A DNA stretch of 32,000 bases from Candidatus Saccharimonadota bacterium (GTDB lineage Bacteria > Bacteroidota > Bacteroidia > Flavobacteriales > Blattabacteriaceae), in NCBI GenBank assembly GCA_029851085.1, contig CP100318.1, positions 30,001 to 62,000 of the forward strand. The letters run 5' to 3'. Positions 26,781 through 32,000 of the stretch are shown here, piece by piece. The first letter of the stretch is position 1, and each line of letters begins with the position of its first letter. The notes beneath the pieces are model-generated. The model was given only the letters and a program-made list of their open reading frames with translations. It was not told the origin of the DNA and searched no databases. The position numbers and the translations under genes are program-made.

Positions 26781-29700
26781 TTAATTCAATTCATTTGAAT
26801 TATGAATATTTTTATTAATTTTTTTATAAGAAAAAAATGATATTATCATTATAATTGATATTATAATTAATGTCACATAAATCCATTTGGGTATTGGTAT
26901 AGGTTCTCCTTTTCCGTAAGAATGTAATCCTGAAAAATAATAATTAACTCCTAAATAAGTCATTACAATTGAACTAATACCCATTAAACTTGCAATATTA
27001 AAAATAAAATTTCCTCTAAGATTAGGTATTAATCGCATATGTAAAATAAAACTATATACTATTATACTTATCAATGCCCAAGTTTCTTTAGGATCCCAAT
27101 TCCAATAACTTCCCCAACTTTCGTTTGCCCATATTCCTCCTAAAATAGTTCCTATTGTTAATAAAAATAAACCTATAATAAGTGTAATTTCATTAATTAT
27201 GGTTAATTTTTCTACATAAAGAATTATATTTTTATTATTTTTAATTGCATTAATAATATATAAAATTAATACAATAAATCCTATGAATGAACCTATTATC
27301 AAAAATGCATAACTAAAAATAATTATTGCTACATGAATTATTAACCAATATGATTTAAGAACTGGAACTAAATTAGTTATTTCTGGATTCATTAAATTTC
27401 CATGTGCAATACTTAAAATACTAGCAGATGCTAATGATGTTATTGATTTAATAAAAGAATTTTTAAAGAAAAATCCTATTAATATAATACACAAACTAAT
27501 AAAAATAGCAGATTCATATCCATTGCTCCAAGGAGCATGATTAGAAATATACCCTCGTAATATTAAACCAAATGTATTATATATAAATATATATAATAAT
27601 ATATAATTAATAATATTAATAATATTATTAATATTGTTGTTATTATTGATAAATACTTTTAAAAAAGAACAAAATAATAAAATTATTCCTAATAATAAAT
27701 AAAAATACATTACATAATAAAAAATATTTAAACGATTATATAATAATTCTGCTTTAATTTTTTCTTTTGAAGGTATTATTTTATAACCATATTTAATTTG
27801 ATAATCTTGAATATATTGTAATGCTTGATCAGCTAAATTCCAATTATTTTGTTTTTGTGATTTATATAATGCTATTAAATAATTATTAAATAATTTATTA
27901 CTAATAGTATTTTTATATGTTATATTTTCATAAGTCCAAGTATTTTTATAATCATGAGGAATAGGAAATATTTTTATATATATACCTTGAAAAATTCCTG
28001 CCAATATATTTATGCGTTCATTTAATTTTAAAATTGCTTTATCATATTCATTTCTTTTATTAGGACTTTTTATTAAAGCTTTTTTATATTCTTTTTCAAT
28101 TATATATGTAATTTTATTATTATTAATAATAAATAAATTATTTAAAGAAGTATAACCATTTTTATTTGCTTTTACTAATTCTAATAATTTTTTACCTCCT
28201 GTAGATTCTACTTTAATAAAAGGTATTATTGACCAACCAATATTTTCATTTAAAAAATATGTTATCCAACTTTCTTGTATTATAGATAATAACCACTGAT
28301 TTGCAGTTAAATTTTCAATTTTATCTTTTTTGGAAATTTTTCTTAAACATTCTAATGCTATAGTATTAATAGGTTTAATACGTCCTTGTTCATCTTGTAT
28401 AAGTAAACTACCAAATTTATCTGCATGTTTTTTTGGAATATAATATTTTGATTTAGCAAAAATATTTTTTTGAGTTAATAAACTAATTATTAATATTATT
28501 AATATTAATAATATTTTATTTGAAATAACAGATAATTTATTTATTAGTTTATTAAAACGAGTTCCTTTCCAAAATAAAGTTAATAACATTCCTAAAATAA
28601 TTAAAAAATAACCTGTATAAGAAATTCTTGTTCCCCATATATCATTATTTATTGACAATATTGTTCCTTTTTCATTAGGATAATAACTAGTTTGAAAAAA
28701 TCGATATCCTTTATAATTAAGAACATTATTCATAAATATTTTATAATCTTTCATTTCATTATTATCAATAATAGTCACATAACTTGCAAAAGAAGATGCT
28801 AATTCTGAACCTGGATATTTATTTATAACAAATTTATTTAATTTTATGCTAAAAGGTAGATTAATTAATATTGATCCATAACCTATATATATTTTTTTGT
28901 TATCAAAATAAAAATATTTACCCATATTGGTAATTCCTTTTCCTCCAAGAAATGTTATTATTTTCGATTTATTATTATTACTAATTTTTGCAGTAATAAC
29001 ATTTGGTAATTCTTTATTATTTGATGTTATATATTTAATATATCCTTTTAAAATTCCTTTAGGAATAAATATAGAAGTTTTTCCAATATTATATATTGCT
29101 TGATTATTAATAATAAATTTTTTATTTGTTTGAAAATTATTATTATTGATTAAATTATTAGGTGATATTAAATATAGTTTTCCTTTATTTTCTAATATTT
29201 GTATAGCATTTTTTACTTTTTTATTAAAACTTATCCATATACCATTTCCTAAATTTTTTAATTCTCCATTTTTAATATATATATCTATAATTTTATTATC
29301 TTGTAAAAAAACAATTTTTATAAATTTTTGTCCATAATTGTTTTCAACAAAAGTTTTTTTAGCAAAAGGAATAAAATTTATAATTTTTACATTATAAATG
29401 TTTTTTTTATATAAAAAATTACCATTATATTTATTATGAAAATGTGATAAAATATATGGAGAATGATAATAATTATCATCTATTTGCAATTTTATATATG
29501 TTTTATCAGAAATTGCATTTTTAATAGTTTCTCCTTCTCCAATATTTACTATACCTTCAAATCCTATATATCTTGATATAGCTCCTCCAATCAATATAAT
29601 TATAAATGCTAAATGAAATATTAATATTGGAATTTTTTTAATCTTAAAAAGATTAATAATATTTTTAATTAAATTTATTCCTAATAATAATAATATTATT

Positions 29701-29876
29701 TGAAACCAAATAGACTTATAAATAAGTGCAATTGCTGTTTCTATTGAATATATTTCTTCAATAAAAGTTGCAATTGCAAGAGATATAGCAGTTATTAGAA
29801 ATAATATTGCTGTTGTTATATTATTTCCCAATATTTTTAATATGTATGATAACATTATAAATTTAAAATTAAGCAA
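26781..29876 (-). CDS. ccsA: Fused cytochrome c biogenesis protein (ResB/CcsB-like N-terminus + CcsA C-terminus; system II)
   Basis: 1031 aa polytopic protein with the C-terminal WWD heme-handling motif WGSYWNWDPKETWALI. The track start is TTG at 29876. ATG at 29855 (MLSYILK...) is an alternative that shares 1 nt (TAATG) with the upstream gene's stop. Confidence 0.85.
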   Translation of the reverse strand: MLNFKFIMLSYILKILGNNITTAILFLITAISLAIATFIEEIYSIETAIALIYKSIWFQIILLLLGINLIKNIINLFKIKKIPILIFHLAFIIILIGGAISRYIGFEGIVNIGEGETIKNAISDKTYIKLQIDDNYYHSPYILSHFHNKYNGNFLYKKNIYNVKIINFIPFAKKTFVENNYGQKFIKIVFLQDNKIIDIYIKNGELKNLGNGIWISFNKKVKNAIQILENKGKLYLISPNNLINNNNFQTNKKFIINNQAIYNIGKTSIFIPKGILKGYIKYITSNNKELPNVITAKISNNNKSKIITFLGGKGITNMGKYFYFDNKKIYIGYGSILINLPFSIKLNKFVINKYPGSELASSFASYVTIIDNNEMKDYKIFMNNVLNYKGYRFFQTSYYPNEKGTILSINNDIWGTRISYTGYFLIILGMLLTLFWKGTRFNKLINKLSVISNKILLILIILIISLLTQKNIFAKSKYYIPKKHADKFGSLLIQDEQGRIKPINTIALECLRKISKKDKIENLTANQWLLSIIQESWITYFLNENIGWSIIPFIKVESTGGKKLLELVKANKNGYTSLNNLFIINNNKITYIIEKEYKKALIKSPNKRNEYDKAILKLNERINILAGIFQGIYIKIFPIPHDYKNTWTYENITYKNTISNKLFNNYLIALYKSQKQNNWNLADQALQYIQDYQIKYGYKIIPSKEKIKAELLYNRLNIFYYVMYFYLLLGIILLFCSFLKVFINNNNNINNIINIINYILLYIFIYNTFGLILRGYISNHAPWSNGYESAIFISLCIILIGFFFKNSFIKSITSLASASILSIAHGNLMNPEITNLVPVLKSYWLIIHVAIIIFSYAFLIIGSFIGFIVLILYIINAIKNNKNIILYVEKLTIINEITLIIGLFLLTIGTILGGIWANESWGSYWNWDPKETWALISIIVYSFILHMRLIPNLRGNFIFNIASLMGISSIVMTYLGVNYYFSGLHSYGKGEPIPIPKWIYVTLIIISIIMIISFFSYKKINKNIHNSNELN

Positions 29877-30604
29877 TCATAGGCTAAATATATATTATTA
29901 GGTAATTCTTGTTCTACTATTGCATGAAATCCTAAAAGATGACTAATATGTGTTAAATATGTTTTTTTTGGTTTTAGTATTTCTATTAATTTTAATGATT
30001 CTGATAAAATAAAATGAGATTTATGTTTAGGTTTTTTTCTTAAAGAATTTAAAATTAAAATTTCTAGTCCTTTCAATTTATTAATTGTTTCATTAGGAAT
30101 AAAATTAGCATCAGTAATATATGCAATATTATTTATACGATATCCTAATATTGGTAATTTTCCATGCATAATCAGTAATGGCATTATTTCTATGTTAGAA
30201 ATAGAAAATGTTATATATGTTTCAATATTGATTAATTGAACATTAAATTTTTTTTCTTCTGAAAAGAAATAAAAAAATCTTTTTTTTAAAATTTCTAATG
30301 TTCTAGGTAATCCATATATATAAATTTTTTTTTTATTAATTGGATAAATATCATCTAATCCTGATATATGATCATTATGTTCATGTGTTAGTAATATAGC
30401 ATCTATATTATTATTTTTACTACGTAACATTTGATATCTAAAATCAGGACCACAATCTATTAAAATATTTGTATTTTTTTTTTTTATTAAAATAGAACTT
30501 CTTAATCTTTTATCTTTAAAATCTGTAGACAAACAAATAGGATTTGTTAATCCTATTACTGGAATACCTTGAGAAGTTCCAGTTCCTAAAAATGTTATTT
30601 TCAT
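29855..30604 (-). CDS. MBL-fold metallo-hydrolase (PhnP-like)
   Basis: 249 aa with MKITFLGTGTSQGIP and the zinc motif THEHNDH. Confidence 0.78.
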   Translation of the reverse strand: MKITFLGTGTSQGIPVIGLTNPICLSTDFKDKRLRSSILIKKKNTNILIDCGPDFRYQMLRSKNNNIDAILLTHEHNDHISGLDDIYPINKKKIYIYGLPRTLEILKKRFFYFFSEEKKFNVQLINIETYITFSISNIEIMPLLIMHGKLPILGYRINNIAYITDANFIPNETINKLKGLEILILNSLRKKPKHKSHFILSESLKLIEILKPKKTYLTHISHLLGFHAIVEQELPNNIYLAYDCLILNL

Positions 30605-30696
30605 TAATATTTTTTTAATTTGTAATCCTTGACTTTAGGATATCCACACCTAATGCAATATCTAAATAAAATTAGATTTTAAAATGAGTAAATAAT

Positions 30697-31047
30697 TTAA
30701 AATGGTAAATCATCAAAATCAGAAGAATTTTTATTTTTATCAAATTTAAAATTTGATATTTCTTTTTCCGGAAAATTAAATTTTTCAATTTTCCATCCTT
30801 GAATAGAATTAAAATATTTTGTAATTCCTTCAGGATTATTCCATTCTCTTCCTTTTATATTGATAAATATTTTTACTTTATCACCTGATTTAAACATATT
30901 TAATAAATCAATTTTATCTTGAATAAATTCGATTATAATATTTTGAGGATATTGTTCTTCAGTTTTTATAATTAATTCTCTTTTTTTAAATCCATTATTA
31001 AAAATTTTAACATCAAATATTTTTTTTATAGTTCCTAATATTTCCAT
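30697..31047 (-). CDS. DUF3127-like protein with an SSB-type C-terminal tip
   Basis: 116 aa. EEQYPQNIIIEF...KGREWNNPEGITKYFNSIQGWKIE resembles Bacteroidetes DUF3127 as I recall it. The C-terminus is ...SSDFDDLPF. Confidence 0.6.
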   Translation of the reverse strand: MEILGTIKKIFDVKIFNNGFKKRELIIKTEEQYPQNIIIEFIQDKIDLLNMFKSGDKVKIFINIKGREWNNPEGITKYFNSIQGWKIEKFNFPEKEISNFKFDKNKNSSDFDDLPF

Positions 31048-31088
31048 AATTTTATTTATTATTATAAATAATAATATTATTATTTAAT

Positions 31089-31406
31089 TCACAAAAAACC
31101 TAATTCTAATTTTGCTTCTTCACTCATCATATCTTTATTCCATGGAGGTTCAAAAATAAGATTAATTTTTACATTATTAATATCATTAATATTATTAATT
31201 TTATTTTTAATATCTGTTAAAAATTTGTCAGCTATAGGACAATTTGGTGAAGTTAAGGTCATTGTAATTATTACATTATTATTATTATTTAATTTAATAT
31301 CATATATTAATCCTAATTCATATATATTAATATATAATTCTGGATCATATATTGTTTTTAAAACTGATATAATTTGTTCATATAAATTATAATTGTTTGA
31401 TAACAT
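31089..31406 (-). CDS. DUF59 / SufT-like Fe-S cluster assembly protein
   Basis: 105 aa. IYDPELYINIYELGLIYDI...ITMTLTSPNCPIAD is the MIP18/DUF59 signature. Confidence 0.78.
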   Translation of the reverse strand: MLSNNYNLYEQIISVLKTIYDPELYINIYELGLIYDIKLNNNNNVIITMTLTSPNCPIADKFLTDIKNKINNINDINNVKINLIFEPPWNKDMMSEEAKLELGFL

Positions 31407-31408
31407 AT

Positions 31409-32000
31409 TTATATTTTTTTATTACAAATACCATTTGTATTATACAAATAAATAGGATATCCAAATTTTTTCATTTCTTTAATATTAAAATTATTACCAA
31501 TAATAATTATTCTAAAATAATTTATTAAAAAATATTTTTTAGCTGTTTCTAAAATTTGTTCTTTTGTTATATTTTTTATATTTAAAATATAATTTTTTAA
31601 AAAATTTTTAGGATATTTAATTTCATTTATAATATAATTGATATATTTAATTGGATTTTCAAATTTCATAATAAAATGACCTATTTCTTCTTTTTTATTA
31701 TTTTCTAGTTCTTTATCTGAAATATAATGTGTTGTTATATCATGTAATTCTTTAATTAATAAATTAATTGTATCATTTACATGATGTAAATTTATTTGAG
31801 TTTTTAAACTAAAAATAGTTTTATAATCATTTATTATAATATTTGAAGCAATATAATAAGCATATTTTTTATTTTCACGAATATTTATGAATAAACGTGA
31901 ATTAGGCCCATTACCTAAAATATTATTTACCATTTGAGCAATTAAAAAATCATTATTCATTGTTTCTAATGAAATAGGATTTCCCATATAAATAATTGCT
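31409..32000 (-). CDS. M16-family (pitrilysin/insulinase-like) peptidase, C-terminal part; CDS continues beyond the right window edge
   Basis: ILGNGPNSRLFINIRENKKYAYYIAS matches the M16 C-terminal domain pattern. The frame stays open upstream of the track's first Met through base 32000. Confidence 0.7.
   Translation of the reverse strand, partial: AIIYMGNPISLETMNNDFLIAQMVNNILGNGPNSRLFINIRENKKYAYYIASNIIINDYKTIFSLKTQINLHHVNDTINLLIKELHDITTHYISDKELENNKKEEIGHFIMKFENPIKYINYIINEIKYPKNFLKNYILNIKNITKEQILETAKKYFLINYFRIIIIGNNFNIKEMKKFGYPIYLYNTNGICNKKI

Noticed and set aside
30640-30648. DnaA-box-like 9-mer atatccaca (8/9 match to TTATCCACA) in the MBL-hydrolase/DUF3127 spacer, overlapping a 5-bp hairpin (atcct-tgacttt-aggat, 30625-30641)
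   Set aside because: It is a single box with no cluster, no adjacent AT-rich unwinding element distinguishable from background, and no dnaA/dnaN context. The hairpin is short and lacks a U-tract. This is not enough to call an origin or an sRNA.

Overview
This window is extremely A+T-rich (by eye about 20-25% G+C) and very gene-dense, with many abutting or overlapping genes, as expected for a reduced bacterial genome. The protein set points to a Bacteroidota/Flavobacteriales insect endosymbiont, Blattabacterium-like, but I cannot fix the genus from sequence alone. The supporting proteins are an archaeal/eukaryote-type ProRS, an RRM-type RNA-binding protein, DUF3127, a fused ResB/CcsB-CcsA, a BamD-like lipoprotein followed by a Bacteroidetes-type omega-like protein, and a Rho with an N-terminal insertion. 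I call about 36 CDS, almost all housekeeping: six aaRS, GTPases, RF1, Rho, GreA, S20, S21, HU, and lipoate, lysine and fatty-acid enzymes. I also call two tRNAs, Lys-UUU and Glu-UUC. I see no transposase, phage gene, CRISPR array, defence system or secondary-metabolite locus. The window stands out for tandem-repeat activity centred on rho. (1) The whole prfA-rho divergent intergenic region is present as about nine head-to-tail, apparently identical 86-bp copies. Each copy carries a bulged A/T hairpin plus T-run and the rho start codon, which creates eight decoy mini-ORFs (MFTIN*) ahead of the real start (MFNIN...). (2) Rho has about 12 copies of a 27-bp/9-aa repeat (KKTESKEFT) at the N-terminal insertion site. 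(3) The BamD-like lipoprotein has a 90-bp near-perfect duplication. Other second-look items are listed here. tilS has its PP-loop upstream of the first in-frame ATG and is rejoined to a good N-terminus by losing one A from an A11 tract. The rpsT stop codon lies inside tRNA-Glu. A 59-aa hydrophobic ORF missed by the track is ATGA-coupled to obg. DUF3127 ends in an SSB-like DDLPF tip. Several convergent gene pairs overlap with no room for terminators. Functional interpretations of the repeat array are inference only.
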